A stretch of 64,000 bases of DNA from Octopus sinensis (GCF_006345805.1 NC_042998.1:127596001-127660000), one strand, 5' to 3'. Shown: positions 13,205 through 27,884, numbered from the stretch's first letter. Numbers and translations: made by a program. The notes: a model not told the origin generated them from the sequence alone.

Positions 13205-15060
13205 TAATATATGTACATATAAATACACACAGCTGTAAGGTAGATGAACACAATGTACATAAGTAGCAAGGATCTACAGGTATCAATACATTACGGCTGT
13301 TTCATTAATTGATTTATCACAATTAATTGGCATACAGCTGACAATTTCCAATGGATTTAATTCTAGATGGTTGAAGACTACATCTTCTAAATATAAGTAA
13401 CTAGCTTAAGGTGATCCGCTCTACCCGCGGGTGAGGGTGTGGTTGTTACTTTCTCATGCTTCATTTCTGTTTCTTATTGCTACATTCACCCTCTTTGTTT
13501 CTCTTTCATTTCTCTCCCACTTTCCCACTCTCTTATTCTTCCTTTCTCTAGAACTCTCCCTCGCTTTCTTTTACTCTCTATATTTCGCTATCTATCTCTC
13601 TCCCATTTATAAAAAAATAGATTTCCGCTTCCACTTTGCCATGCTGAAAATTTGATTGAAATCCGGAAAGATGTGTCCAATCTAAATCCCCAAGTGTCCC
13701 CAAAAATCGATAAAATCCTCGTTTTCACACCAAAGCAACAACTGCAACGCCCCAAAACGTCCCCCAATCAATTTCTCACCCCAGGTTACCCACTCCTGTA
13801 AATGTTAATCCTCTTCCAGCCCCATTTAGACCACTTTTTACATAAATTTGTATCAACGTTCACTTTCTTCATTTTATAGATTAGACAGATATACCCGGCC
13901 TTGCTCGGGATTAAAATTGCCTATTATTGTTTTACTTGTTTCGGTATTATAGCCGATTTCATTCGGGTCTAAGCGGACCACATTTTAAAAGATGATGAAT
14001 TTCGCCCTAGAGGCCATGCGTTTCAATTGAGGAAACTCAAAGTCCCCATGCAAACTCGCTAGCACTTTTAACAAAGGTGTGCATATTTTCAGGTCAATCC
14101 GACTATATATGCACACATTAAATATATATATATATACACACACACATAATATATGTACATATAAATACACACAGCTGTAAGGTAGATGAACACAATGTAC
14201 ATAAGTAGCAAGGATCTACAGGTATCATACATTACGGCTGTTTCATTAATTGATTTATCACAATTAATTGGCATACAGCTGACAATTCCAATGGATTTAA
14301 TTCTAGATGGTTGAAGACTACATCTTCTAAATATAAGTAACTAGCTTAAGGTGATCCGCTCTACCCGCGGGTGAGGGTGTGGTTGTTACTTTCTCATGCT
14401 TCATTTCTGTTTCTTATTGCTACATTCACCCTCTTTGTTTCTCTTTCATTTCTCTCCCACTTTCCCACTCTCTTATTCTTCCTTTCTCTAGAACTCTCCC
14501 TCGCTTTCTTTTACTCTCTATATTTCGCTATCTATCTCTCTCCCATTTATAAAAAAATAGATTTGCCATGCTGAAAATTTGATTGAAATCCGGAAAGATG
14601 TGTCCAATCTAAATCCCCAAGTGTCCCCAAAAATCGATAAAATCCTCGTTTTCACACCAAAGCAACAACTGCAACGCCCCAAAACGTCCCCCAATCAATT
14701 TCTCACCCCAGGTTACCCACTCCTGTAAATGTTAATCCTCTTCCAGCCCCATTTAGACCACTTTTTACATAAATTTGTATCAACGTTCACTTTCTTCATT
14801 TTATAGATTAGACAGATATACCCGGCCTTGCTCGGGATTAAAATTGCCTATTATTGTTTTACTTGTTTCGGTATTATAGCCGATTTCATTCGGGTCTAAG
14901 CGGACCACATTTTAAAAGATGATGAATTTCGCCCTAGAGGCCATGCGTTTCAATTGAGGAAACTCAAAGTCCCCATGCAAACTCGCTAGCACTTTTAACA
15001 AAGGTGTGCATATTTTCAGGTCAATCCGACTATATATGCACACATTAAATATATATATAT
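13190..15060. repeat. Tandem duplication, two copies of an approx. 930-940 bp unit
   Basis: cacataatatatgtacat at 13201 and 14141; copies near-identical except a 13-bp deletion and single-base indels in copy 2; (TA)n at all three boundaries. Confidence 0.95.
13378..13890 (+). mobile_element. Non-autonomous Helitron-like element (repeated in the duplicate copy, about 14320-14820)
   Basis: actagc start near 13398, aaaatttgattgaaatccgg motif and ttttatagattaga end, same pattern as 24314-24693. Boundaries approximate. Confidence 0.4.
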
Positions 15061-15172
15061 ATACATATATATCTACATACGCATTAAATATGTACATATA
15101 TACGCATTATATGTACATGTCTACACATATATATATAAACATATACAATTTATATGCATACACACACACACA

Positions 15173-15206
<34 letters not shown>

Positions 15207-15211
15207 CGTTG

Positions 15212-15249
<38 letters not shown>

Positions 15250-15271
15250 ATATTCATATTTATATACACAC

Positions 15272-15395
15272 AAAAGAGACCGATAGAATAAGTACTGGGC
15301 TTACAAAGAATAAGTCCCGGGGTCGAGTTGTTCGATTAAAGGCGGTGCTCCAGCATGGCCTGGATTCAAAATGACTGAAACAAGTAAAAAGAGAA
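15272..15395 (+). mobile_element. SINE 3' half
   Basis: gatagaataagtac...ggggtcga...aaggcggtgctccagcatggc...aatgactgaaacaagtaaaa tail; related tails at 21830-21890 and 23846-23900. Confidence 0.65.
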
Positions 15396-16161
15396 AAAAA
15401 AGAGATATATAAATTAATACAATATATCTGATTAATAATATATGTTATGATTTGCGATGGTGGTGGGCAATAATAATTCCCCGTTCTAAAAGACCTGTGG
15501 CAGGTATATTTAAACTTTTGCGGCTGTCAAAGCTCTCTCTCTCTAGAGATACAGACAGACGTACAGTGAGAGAGAGGTAGTGGGAGAAAGAGTGACAGAG
15601 AGACGAAGCTGTCAAACGTCGTTATAGAGAGATCAAAAATCACTCTTTTGCCATAGAAACCACATCTTTATAGCTTGTGAATTTAAACCATTGCGGGTCT
15701 CATCCTCACGATGTATTTAGTATCCCTGCCAATTTTCAGCTCGATCCTAGCCTCGGTTTGGCCGTCATTAACCGTCAAAGCAAAATGTGCATACAATTTT
15801 CGTCCAAGGACTGTTTTATAGATATAGACTACCGCACCACTCCTTTATCTTGACCTGCTCTATTTTTTCCTCTAGTAAGCTTAATAATTATAGTAAGCTT
15901 AATAAGATATTTATTATTCACTAAACTCATTCTACCACAGATAAAACATATGGAAACAATGTAATTATTTTGGTTTATATTATTGATGTAAATTTGTTAA
16001 AAATGATTTATCCTTTATGTTTAAAATATATATGGCCCTCTGCATCTGAAGACAGCGATTTTTTCAAATTGATGTAATGCTTTCATTGATCAATTAAAAG
16101 GAGACACTTGAAACCGCCGTTACGTATTGACACCTGTGCATCCTTAATTCTTATTTGTATG

Positions 16162-16210
<49 letters not shown>

Positions 16211-16309
16211 ACACAGAGGAAAGATGATCGATAGATACATAGATCGATAGATCGATCAGTTGATAGATAGATAGATAGATAGAGAGAGAGAGTTAGATAG
16301 ATTGTGCTG

Positions 16310-16528
16310 GGGGAAAGTGCTAAGCGACATTTCTTGCATTCTTTACGTTCTGAGTTCAAGTGCCATAAATTCTAAGTCGATGAAAACATTTTCCAGAGAG
16401 TTGATGTGATCGGCCAGCTTTATTTGCCCCAAGTGTCGGACCTTGAAAGAAGGTGGCGAACTGGCAGCATGATGTAATCGACTAGTCCCCTCCCCAAGAT
16501 TTCAGGCCTTGTGCCTTTTGTAGAAAAG

Positions 16529-16530
<2 letters not shown>
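16310..16530 (+). mobile_element. Rearranged SINE(s) ending in the (ATT)n tract
   Basis: Shares acgttctgagttcaa, gatgtaatcgact and tttcaggccttgtgcc...tagaaaagatt with the 5655-6350 family. Confidence 0.6.
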
Positions 16531-16592
<62 letters not shown>

Positions 16593-16610
16593 TATTATTA
16601 TTATCATTAT

Positions 16611-16707
16611 TGAGTGAGAGAGCAGTGCATGTCATCGAAGTGACACTGGGGTAAAATATACGAAGCCCAGTATACCCATCATGATTACCTGTCTGATAAG
16701 GATACAC
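16611..16707 (-). mobile_element. Terminal 97 bp of the 556-bp (ATT)n-associated element
   Basis: Matches the start of 50318-50873 (tgagtgagagagcagt...gtctgataagg). Confidence 0.85.
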
Positions 16708-16926
16708 TTTTGCTTTATATTTGTACAAGTTGGCTCCAAGTCTCACCCAGAGACCTTAAGAGACAACAGGCTGGAAGTTCGTGATGTTGTTATGCCTGGT
16801 GCGCCATATATTTGGTTTTGTATTTTGTGTTGTACTAGTGAATGTAAAAAAAAACAAAAATAAACGAAAAATATGCTTGTTTTAAAACTTGAGATTACAT
16901 AGAAAGTATTTTGCGTCGGATATGAG

Positions 16927-16929
<3 letters not shown>
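16708..16929 (-). mobile_element. 3' end of a second R4/Dong-like LINE family
   Basis: Minus strand encodes AHIRRKILSM*, aligning with the AHILRRTLSIQ* C-terminus of the neighbouring element, followed by a different 3' UTR. Confidence 0.65.
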
Positions 16930-18186
<1,257 letters not shown>

Positions 18187-18194
18187 AGTAGTAA

Positions 18195-18230
<36 letters not shown>

Positions 18231-18261
18231 CAGCAGCAGCAGTAGTAGTAGTATCATTATT

Positions 18262-18305
<44 letters not shown>

Positions 18306-18345
18306 TATTATTATCATTATTATCATTATTATTATTATTATTATT

Positions 18346-20272
18346 CAGTAGTTTTATTTTTATTTTTATAGCGTGCTTTCACTTCACTACCGAGCGCAGC
18401 TCTGTGTGCCTTGGGTATGTGCTGTGATTTGTTGTGATGCTCTGATGGTTATTGTATGGAAAGTGTTCTGCGTAGGATGTGTGCAGTGCCTAGTAGTGCA
18501 ATTTTCTGTATGTTATATGTGTTTGTAAGTCCTGGTGTTTTTGTTATGTATTTGTCTGAATATTTTTTTATCATGCCTAATGCACCTACTATGATAGGAA
18601 TTGTTTCTGTTTTCAGATTCCACATTCTAGTTACCTCTATTTCCAGGTCTTTGTATTTTGAGACTTTCTCCATTTCTTTTAGAGACACGTTGTCATCTGC
18701 CGGTACTGATACATCAATTAGAAAGCATTTTTTTTCTTCATGGTCTCTGACAACTATATCTGGTCTGTTGGCCTTAATTTCTCTATCTGTGTGTATCGGC
18801 ATATCCCAGAGTATGGTTGCTTTCTCGTTTTCTGTGACCTTTTCTGGTGTGTGCCTATACCATCTTTTTTCTGTTGTTATTCCATAATGTTGGCATAGCT
18901 TCCAATGTATGTAAGTTCCAACTCTGTCATGTCTGTGAATATATTCCTTCTTAGCCAGGACTGGGCAGCTAGAGATAATATGATTTATTGTTTCTTGTCC
19001 ATCTCCACATATTCTGCAGTTACTTGTAATATTTCTTTTCATTACATGTTTTTGGTAATTTCTGGTGGGGAGGCTTTGGTCTTGTGCTGCAATTAAAAAT
19101 CCCTCTGTTTCTGCTTTGAGTCCTGAGCTTCTCAACCATTGCTGGGATTTTTCTTTGTCTATTTCTTTTGCGTTTAGTTTAGTCCAGTATTTACCATGAA
19201 GGGGCTTTTCTTGCCATCGTTTTATCATGGTTCGTTGCTGTTCTATTTTTAGTTTGGATTTCATTTTTTTTATAGCTTTTGTTGTTTCTTCATCTTCTTC
19301 TTCTTCTTCTTCTTCATGTTTATTAGGTGGTATGATTTCTTGTTTGTATTTGTCAGCTTCCTTAAATACTGAGAACAGTTTTTTGTTTTGCTCGTGTTTT
19401 GCCGCTATCTGGATCAGGTTTCCTTCCTTCTGAAGTAGATATTTTTGCAGTCCTATGGTGGTTATTTTATAGTAGTTTTCCAGCTGTATAAGGCCTCTAC
19501 CACCTTCTATTCGTTGTATATATAGTCTTTCTATGTCAGATTTTGGGTGATGCATCCTAGATCCTGTCATTATTTTTCTTGTTTTCCTGTCTATTTTGGT
19601 CAGTTCATTTCGTGTCCAGTTAAGGATATTGTAGCTGTAACTTATAACTGGGACAGCTAAAGTGTTGATACCTATTATCTTGTTTTTAGCATCGAGCTCT
19701 GTGTTTAGTATTGATCTAACTCGTCTATAATATTCTTTTTTTATTTTCTCTTTCATTTGTGTGTGTTGTGTCTTATCTAGTTCATGGATTCCTAAGTATT
19801 TGTAAGTTTGGCTTTGGTCTAATTCTTTTATTTCATTTGCTTCATCTAGTGTGATGTTGTTACTCTTAACTAGTTTTCCTCTTTTCATGGTTACTTTGGC
19901 GCATTTTTCTAATCCAAATTTCATATCTATTTCTTTGGTAAATCCATGAACTGTCATTAATAGTGTTTCCAGCTGTTTGCCATTTGCAGCGTATAGTTTT
20001 AGGTCATCCATATATAAAAGGTGGCTGATCGTTTTGCCGTAACATTTATATCCGCATCCAGTTCTATTTAGCATATCAGATAGAGGTGACAGTGCCAAGC
20101 AGAAAAGGAGTGGAGAGTGCGTGTCTCCCTGGAATATTCCTCTTCTAATGGGGATGTCTTTGGTTTTCATGAGTCCCTCTTTTGTTTGGAGGTGTAGGAC
20201 TGTTTGCCATTTATTCATAGAGTGCTCTATGAATTTTATGATTGTTGGTGCTACTTTGTTAATGGCTAGTGT
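18346..20272 (-). mobile_element. R4/Dong-clade non-LTR retrotransposon, 1.9-kb 5'-truncated copy in (ATT)n
   Basis: RT, CCHC and RLE domain order; 3' end abuts (AAT)n; targeting of TAA repeats is established for Dong elements. Confidence 0.93.
18449..20272 (-). CDS. 5'-truncated retrotransposon ORF (partial reverse transcriptase, CCHC, RLE endonuclease)
   Basis: Motifs GIFQGD..SP, YMDDLKLY, FGLEKC, YKYLG, HPKSDIERLY..GGRGL, CRICG..ETINHIISSC, RPDIVV. The frame stays open upstream of the Met at 20218 up to the (ATT)n junction at 20272. Confidence 0.93.
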   Translation of the reverse strand, partial: TLAINKVAPTIIKFIEHSMNKWQTVLHLQTKEGLMKTKDIPIRRGIFQGDTHSPLLFCLALSPLSDMLNRTGCGYKCYGKTISHLLYMDDLKLYAANGKQLETLLMTVHGFTKEIDMKFGLEKCAKVTMKRGKLVKSNNITLDEANEIKELDQSQTYKYLGIHELDKTQHTQMKEKIKKEYYRRVRSILNTELDAKNKIIGINTLAVPVISYSYNILNWTRNELTKIDRKTRKIMTGSRMHHPKSDIERLYIQRIEGGRGLIQLENYYKITTIGLQKYLLQKEGNLIQIAAKHEQNKKLFSVFKEADKYKQEIIPPNKHEEEEEEEDEETTKAIKKMKSKLKIEQQRTMIKRWQEKPLHGKYWTKLNAKEIDKEKSQQWLRSSGLKAETEGFLIAAQDQSLPTRNYQKHVMKRNITSNCRICGDGQETINHIISSCPVLAKKEYIHRHDRVGTYIHWKLCQHYGITTEKRWYRHTPEKVTENEKATILWDMPIHTDREIKANRPDIVVRDHEEKKCFLIDVSVPADDNVSLKEMEKVSKYKDLEIEVTRMWNLKTETIPIIVGALGMIKKYSDKYITKTPGLTNTYNIQKIALLGTAHILRRTLSIQ

Positions 20273-20278
20273 TTATTA

Positions 20279-20330
<52 letters not shown>

Positions 20331-21459
20331 GTTATTAGTTGCTACTGTTACTCTGCTTGGTGTTGTGCACGATCATGTTTCACAGAAATGTACATAGAAA
20401 ATATATCCTTCTTAGATTAGTATCTGAAAAAATAATATTTTGTTCTATTTGTGAAGTGGCTTCAGAACATTGCAATATCTACTTCATTACACCAGGGTCA
20501 GAAAAAAGAACTTTTTATTGTATGCGTATTTTTGCGATCATTCAATTCGGTTTGTTAATTGGTTCTTCAATATGCCTATCTCTGATATAACAAATGGAGG
20601 TGCCTGTCACAAAGGTAGTAGTTGTGAGTTTATTCCTATATTTCAGAAACAAAGAAAAGACACATGATGATAAAAAAAACATATAACCAACAAACACATA
20701 CACAAAAATTACGTAATCAGATAAATTTCTAATACACTCCGTGTTAGTCAGCCAGGGGAAGATACAATTTTCTACGACATCAACGGGGGACATATAGCTA
20801 GAACTCCACCTTTCCTAGCGAAAACGGAAGGAATGTAGGAGATATCGGTCAGCATTAGACAAACAAAAATGCGTGGAGAGAGTAGAATGTTCCAGTTGCT
20901 GTTCGCATTGTAACAAACACCACTTGAGAGCTTTCTGACTTGAATCGGATGAAAGGGGATATGTAAAAGAAAACCTCAACAGAAGCAACCACAACAAACA
21001 TAACATCAACAACAGTATTAGACCTCAGAGGGGAAGCCACTTCTTATGATGTTTTTGAGGACATTCGCTCACACGTGCAGGAGTAGCCAAACCGAAAGTA
21101 AAGTAAATAATTTCTTTCTCAAAACTCCTAAATCAGAAACTAACGCCGTCGAAAATTCGCTAATGTCTTTCCGTCCAGCACAGAACTAGTCTGGGTTTAG
21201 TAACTGCTTGGTCCAACTGTCATAGCTTTGTGACTGTAGGGACGAAGGAGTAATTCAGCGATCTATCAACAACTGAAGTATCACAGCACAGAGAACGTGA
21301 GGGTGGTTGTTGTGGTCGGTTTCATCGTCTGACTAATTCGCTCTATGCAAGCACCAGCAGAAGGTGATCAGAATCGTGCGGTGTCCTAAATTTAAGAAAG
21401 TGGTGGCTTCTCAGAAACACACTAGTGGGAAATTATTTCGCCAATCAGCATAAATAGTT

Positions 21460-21890
21460 CCCGTGAGGGGCGTGACTCACTGTTTAGGGTGTTGCACTCC
21501 AGATCACGAGTTTGTGGGTTTGATTCCCGAACAAGGCGGTGCTTTGAGTTCAGAAAACACTTCAGCTCACGTTGTGCTACTATTACTTCGACGTTTAACG
21601 TGTGGCACACTCTGCACCTGTATAGGTAATATCAGTTTGATGGAGGGAATGAGTTAATATATAGCACTAACATTTGACCACTATAAGCAAATTTTCAATG
21701 CAAATCGTTCAAGAAGAAATCGCAGAACTGTCTTTCTCGGTTCGAGTGACAACCATTAAAAAAAGGAAACATCGACAAGATATATACGACAGTGTGTGTG
21801 AGCTATCCAACTGTCTAAAATCATTGAAGATGGTGTCACACAACAGCAGCATTTCAATAAATGACTGAAACCAGGAATGAGATTAAAGAT
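21460..21890 (+). mobile_element. Degenerate tRNA-derived SINE
   Basis: ggcgtgactcactgtttagggtgttgcactc head with gggtttgattccc B-box-like motif; aatgactgaaac tail. Confidence 0.65.
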
Positions 21891-22990
21891 GAAAATAATG
21901 TAAATATGAACACATGCATGTGTGTGTAAGTTGTATGCTTAATAAAATCCGTTTGTATGTACGTGTGTGTATTGGCGTGTACGCTGTGCATAGATTCATA
22001 TTTACTTAAACAAATACGAGGAGATATTATGAACGTTTAGTTAATAATTTAAGCATATTTTAATTAAAATTTTATAAAGTAAACTTCATAGCCTCTAATA
22101 TATACTTTAATATTCCTGCTTCAAAGAAAAGCAGTAACTATATATGCATATATGTTTGTATTTATGTACGTCTGTGTTTGGATTCATACATCGGCATGTG
22201 TTACTGTATTGCCGCTGTTGATTTACAAATAAAAGCGAAATATTAGACGGTCTTGATATTTTTTCTTGTTATTAATGCTGCCATTTAACCTCACCGCAGC
22301 CCACTGAGGTTAGACTTACGTTCAAAAGAATACCCGTCGTTACCATATCGTCTTTCCGTTTATATCTTCTTCGAGCAGAGGTATCAGAAACTACGTACGC
22401 TACCGATATATGACCAGAAATGAATGAGATTTAGAAGCTATTTCTAGTGGTTTGAGGTATATCAAACACGTTCCTTACTGTTCACTAAGGCTAATTGAAA
22501 TTCATTGAGTTCACTCTACTCTGTTATCAATTCCGACGCATAATACTGCATTCCTCAAATAGGTTAGAGATGGCACAAATGTAACACTTCTCCAAAAAGG
22601 TCAAAAGGGATGATTAGAAGCTACTGGATGCATGTGAACAAGAAAGGGCAAGAAATTGATTCTATGATCTCGAAGCGATACGTGAGATAGTCATATATTT
22701 CTGATTTATTATATTAACCTTTATGAACATATGCATCACCTCCCTCACGTTATCATTATGTGTGTGTGTGTTTGTGTGTGTGTGCGTGTGCGTATGTGTG
22801 CGTGTGTGTACCTGTGTGTATGCGTGTGTTGTGTGTGTGTGTATTCACATAGAAGCAACCATATGTTTCCATATGACTTTACGTCTTTTTTTCACTTCAT
22901 TCAGTATGTGTACACCCATATGTAAATCTATATCTCTCTCTATATACATATATACATACATATATATGTGTTTGTATATGTCTTTATATG

Positions 22991-23062
<72 letters not shown>

Positions 23063-23904
23063 ATACATACATACATACACAAACACATACATATATACAT
23101 ATATACATTGTAGAGATGTATGCTTATGTTTAGCAAGAGAGGAAAACAGAGAGAAGGAAAAGGACCAGGTGTGTACTGGTATAGGTTACAGGTGCAGTCC
23201 TATCTGTGTAGGTATGAAATCGCTCTGATAAAAGTACGGAGGTTGATTTGATCACGTAAACACTTCTACTCTGTGCCCCACTCAAACGATAGTAACAAAT
23301 AAATGGTTAAAACCACCTCTATTATATGTGTGTATGTTTGCGTGGGTGTGTGGGTGTATATACATATATATGTACGTGTGCGTATTTATGTGTATGTATT
23401 TATGTATATGCGTATATATATATAAATATATATTTATATATACAGCGTATTCTAAAAGTATGGAAGCACTCTTTAATAGCTGATGATTCAATTTTCATTT
23501 CGTTTTAGATGTAACCCATAGGAAATAATGAAGGGAACCAGTTTAAACTTTGAACAAATTAACTTTTTCCCTAAGTTCCATTGGAATTTATAAATAATAG
23601 GTGCGACAATCAGTCACGTAAAGCATTCAAGAGGAATTTGATGACGTGAAGTTTTATTTCCATGAAGAAGACCAACTTCCACGCTACCATTGTAATGGAA
23701 GGGTGTAATTTATCAAGATTTTGCCAAACAGTTGAATACTTTCCGTGTTCACAGGACCTTAATAGATTTGTTAAAGAGGATACTTAAAAGATAGTGGTTC
23801 AGCTACAGAACCGACAAGAATCGAACCCGCATAAATACTGAAAAGAATGTTTACTCCCTTACTTGCTTCAGTCGTTAGACCGCAGCCCTACTGGGGCACC
23901 GTTC

Positions 23905-24313
23905 ATTCAAAGATCCCATTAAATGAACAGCACATGGAATTTATGTCTCCACACTATCCCCTTGTAATAACAAAATATGAATTCTTATCGGAATCTACAT
24001 ACCATGGTCAAGAAGTATTTCTACCCATTTTACACACAGTTTCCTTGGATAATGGAACTGCAACTGTAACATCCTACATATATTTTTCCCATTATTTTTA
24101 TTCTCTTATTCCACTTTATACTTCCTATATCCATCCTTTTCCAAAATAAGTCCTTATATTGAACTCTACTATTTCTCTATAGTTAAGTCTCTCATGTCAT
24201 CTCTGATGAAGGGATATCCCTAATATCCCAGAAACAGCTATAAGACAGATAGTCTTTATAAATGTCCTATAAATTCCACACGGCCTTGGTTTTGTTGTTT
24301 CATTTTATTTAAC
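23905..24313 (+). mobile_element. Penelope pLTR-like dispersed repeat, copy 1
   Basis: Colinear similarity to 53870-54255 (tttccttggataatggaa, attgaactctactatttc, taaatgtcctataaattccacac); contains a hammerhead motif. Confidence 0.65.
24199..24246 (+). ncRNA. Minimal type I hammerhead motif, stem III mutated
   Basis: CUGAUGA-A-GGGAUA-ucccuaa-UAUCCC-A-GAAAC-AGCU-AUA/AGAC; a G-to-A change breaks stem III relative to the 54-kb copy. Confidence 0.55.
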
Positions 24314-24693
24314 ACTAGCAGTATCGCCCGGCGTTACTCAGGTTTGTAAGGGAAATAACTATAAAGCATTTTTATAGAGTTATAGCCAAAAAATAGCAAA
24401 AAATGGAAAAAAATGATGGTAAATTTTTTTTCAGTTAAAAAGGTGGAGTTGCGTCCCCTAGACAGTTTGCGGTTTGTGTTTCTGATTCTCGACCCCATGT
24501 CGAATTTATCGATTTTTTTCAGAACTGGGGGAACTTCTCAAAATTTTCGCTGCGTTAGTTTTGAATTATGACATTGGGTTATGTGTGTGTCAAGTTTCAT
24601 CAGAATCGGTTGAAAGCCGTGGTCAGGGTGAGGTACAAGCAAACAGACACACAGAAAACGCACAGACAAACTGCCGTTTATATAGAGAGAGAT
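24314..24693 (+). mobile_element. Non-autonomous Helitron-like element
   Basis: Starts actagcagtatcgcccggcgtt, contains aagtttcatcagaatcggttga and acagac repeats, ends tttatatagagagagat, a pattern typical of invertebrate non-autonomous rolling-circle elements (recalled, not searched). Confidence 0.6.
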
Positions 24694-24823
24694 ATACATG
24701 CTCACACAAAACCCGTATTAGATTCCTCACTCGCATCATTATCGAACCGAGAGTCTAACTACGGTCCTCCCGTAGCACTTACATAGCCTTACCTGCCATC
24801 TTGGGTAATCTGGTTACCAATAC

Positions 24824-24865
<42 letters not shown>

Positions 24866-26455
24866 GAAATAGCTGGGTAGATAGATAGAGATGAGTAAAT
24901 ACTATACACAAAATACACACGCATGATACATGAAATGCATATAATAGAACGTTATACAATGCAGTAGAAATGCTATTACACATAATACATATATATTTCA
25001 GTCACCATATCATATACAACATAATAAATGTATTATAAAAATGAAATGTTATAGAATACAATATAATAGAATGTGGTACAATATAATGTGATATAATGAA
25101 ATATAACAAAAGGTAACGTAATTTAATATAAAGAAAACGCGTATAGTATATAATAAATCATGCATACATAACAAGACATATAAGAAGAAAGTGTTTGGTG
25201 TATGTATAATGAAATATATACATTATAAAATACATAAAAAAGTCCAATAACCATCTACGTAAATACATATGCCACACTTACTATAACTTTATGACTATGT
25301 GTGTCAGGTGTGAGTGCTTGTGTGTATGTATGTATGTATGTATGTATGTATGTATGTATGTATTCATATGTGTGTGTTTCTGTGTGTATGCATACTTTCA
25401 TATACATATACGTACGTTAAGGAGATAACAATGGAATTAAAAACATAATGAGACTAAAATTTATTGACAATAATGAAAATAATAAAATATAATAAACAAT
25501 ACAACGAAAATATTTAGATGAATAAAATAATGATAAAAATTAAAAAATGAAATATAATGTATAAGATAAAAATGTGGATATATTGAAAATACTTAAATAT
25601 GAAGATTAAAAATATATATTTTGGTGATTGTTGACGTAAATACGATGGTGCAGAAGATATTTTGTGGCAGAATTTCTAAAGTGATTATATACATTATTTA
25701 TTAAATCATATTGTAAGATATTTATTTCTGCTGCGGATCTGTGTTTATGTCCATACCCACGCAAATAGTCTGTTATTCACCCTCTCTTTAATGGAGGTCA
25801 AATCATACCAGGTCAAAACATCACGCCTAGTTCACTTGTACATAGTGTTTGCTGTTTTTTTATGACATATGCAAAGTGCCGAAAAGTAAATATGTGTTGT
25901 GTGTATCTACTTTTAAAAGTATTAACCGTAAGTCTTGTATATAGCTATCTATATTATGAGAAGAAGTGACTTTAAGTTGATATGCCAATACCTTATCAGA
26001 ACAATGTTAGTTGGAAAAGATACAGTTTACAATATACCAATTGGACAAAGATAGAATCCAGATATGTTTATTATTATTGTGTTTATCATTGTTTGCGTTT
26101 GCTCCCAGTGAGGTTTCAATAATTTTGTCTATATATAAATGTTTGTGTGTGTGTGTATGTGATGTGTATGTATTAATATATATATGTGTGTGTATGTGTC
26201 TGTGCGTGCGTACTTGTATGTGTTTGTGTGTGTGAGGTGTGTGAGTGTGTGTGTCCGCGCGCACATGCACTAATACATATGCAGTATCGGCGATAATATA
26301 AGGGTCAGTAAGAACAAGTGTATTGAAATATTTATTATAGAAGATTAACAAAATGTCGAGACTAGATATTTTACATATATTCAGATATATCTAATATCGT
26401 GATAATTTCAAGTGAATGGAATAAATATCTCGTACATTATGAGGAAAGAAACAAA

Positions 26456-26918
26456 CTGCAATGGCCAAAAGTTAAGGGTCACTTAGAAAAACAATGAAAA
26501 CTGGAACAAGAGCAAAAAAGAAATTCTTACTATTAATATTTTGTGAACATCCCTTTACTATCAATGACCTCCTGACATCTGTTACCACAGTACTGAATTA
26601 ATTACTTGCAAAATGATGGAGTAATATTGTTCCATTCGTTTTTCAATAATTTCCAGTTCCAATAATCTTCAAACGCTTTCTATAGGGTTGAGATCAATCC
26701 CTTTATCACTCAAAAAATTTTTGACTCACTTCGCAGTGTGACAGGGAGAGTTGTCCTGCACGAAGATAAGCGGTTGAGCTGACGAGGATCGGAGATGTGG
26801 ATGGGAATGCTGTCTAGGAATCTGCTTGTAGATTTCAGCAGTGACGGACCATTGTAGGCGAATAAGGGGACGAGGACCAGCAGCATAAATCACTCCCAAT
26901 ACCATTACTCTTCCCCCT
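26456..26918 (-). mobile_element. Tc1-family transposon 3' remnant with TIR-like end
   Basis: Minus strand gives VMVLG, FVQDNSPCHTAK, DLNPIE and RCQEVIDSKGMFTKY* with stops and deletions; ctgcaatggccaaaagtt resembles a Tc1 TIR. Confidence 0.85.
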
Positions 26919-26977
26919 TTATATTTATATCTATATGTATATCTATATGTATATCTATATGTTTATATCTATATGAA

Positions 26978-27032
<55 letters not shown>

Positions 27033-27650
27033 ACATATATATATATCATTCGGAGGCCGTTTCCTTTCCCGCAATTGATTCAAATACTCGCCAACATGAA
27101 TGTGAGTTAGGATTCGGGGAGCTTCAGTTACTCATATCGACATATAAACGGATTTATGTTAATATACATATATTGATGTGTGCATCTGATTGTATATGTG
27201 CTGTCGATATTTTAATTGTGAATTCAATGTGTGAGGTAATTGAAGCCAAATCACTTACTGTACACGAATCAATATTACATTCCATCAAAGGAAAATCTAC
27301 TCAGGTGTCCACATCGGTTATATTATTACATGATATCTTGTTTTCATCCTCGCTTCAGCAGTATTGAAAATATTCTGAACTACAAACCAGCTTGATAATT
27401 TTTCTATTTGATGTAAATCGAATTTCATTTAATGTGACGACAACCAGTGCATGTGTTGACTATTTAGCTCAGAAGAAATGCATATCCGTTCCACTTCGAA
27501 TTCAGATCCTGGATTTCACTGTTTAAGGGTAGGTTTAAGTGTCATAGCATAGCGAGAAAAACTTCATTTTGTCCAAGCGTTCATGATTTATGTGTGTATA
27601 ATTTATACATAGATACAAACATACACACATACACACATATATATATATAA

Positions 27651-27697
<47 letters not shown>

Positions 27698-27698
27698 C

Positions 27699-27811
<113 letters not shown>

Positions 27812-27841
27812 CACATCTACATACATACAAACACACACAAT

Positions 27842-27884
<43 letters not shown>

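Noticed and set aside
13290-13340. Hammerhead-like GAAAC-AGCC-GUA with a stem II hairpin on the minus strand (duplicated near 14230-14280)
   Set aside because: The CUGANGA core and stem I are missing; at most a dead remnant.
16035-16125. CTGAAGA...GAAAC spacing
   Set aside because: No consistent stems I, II or III.
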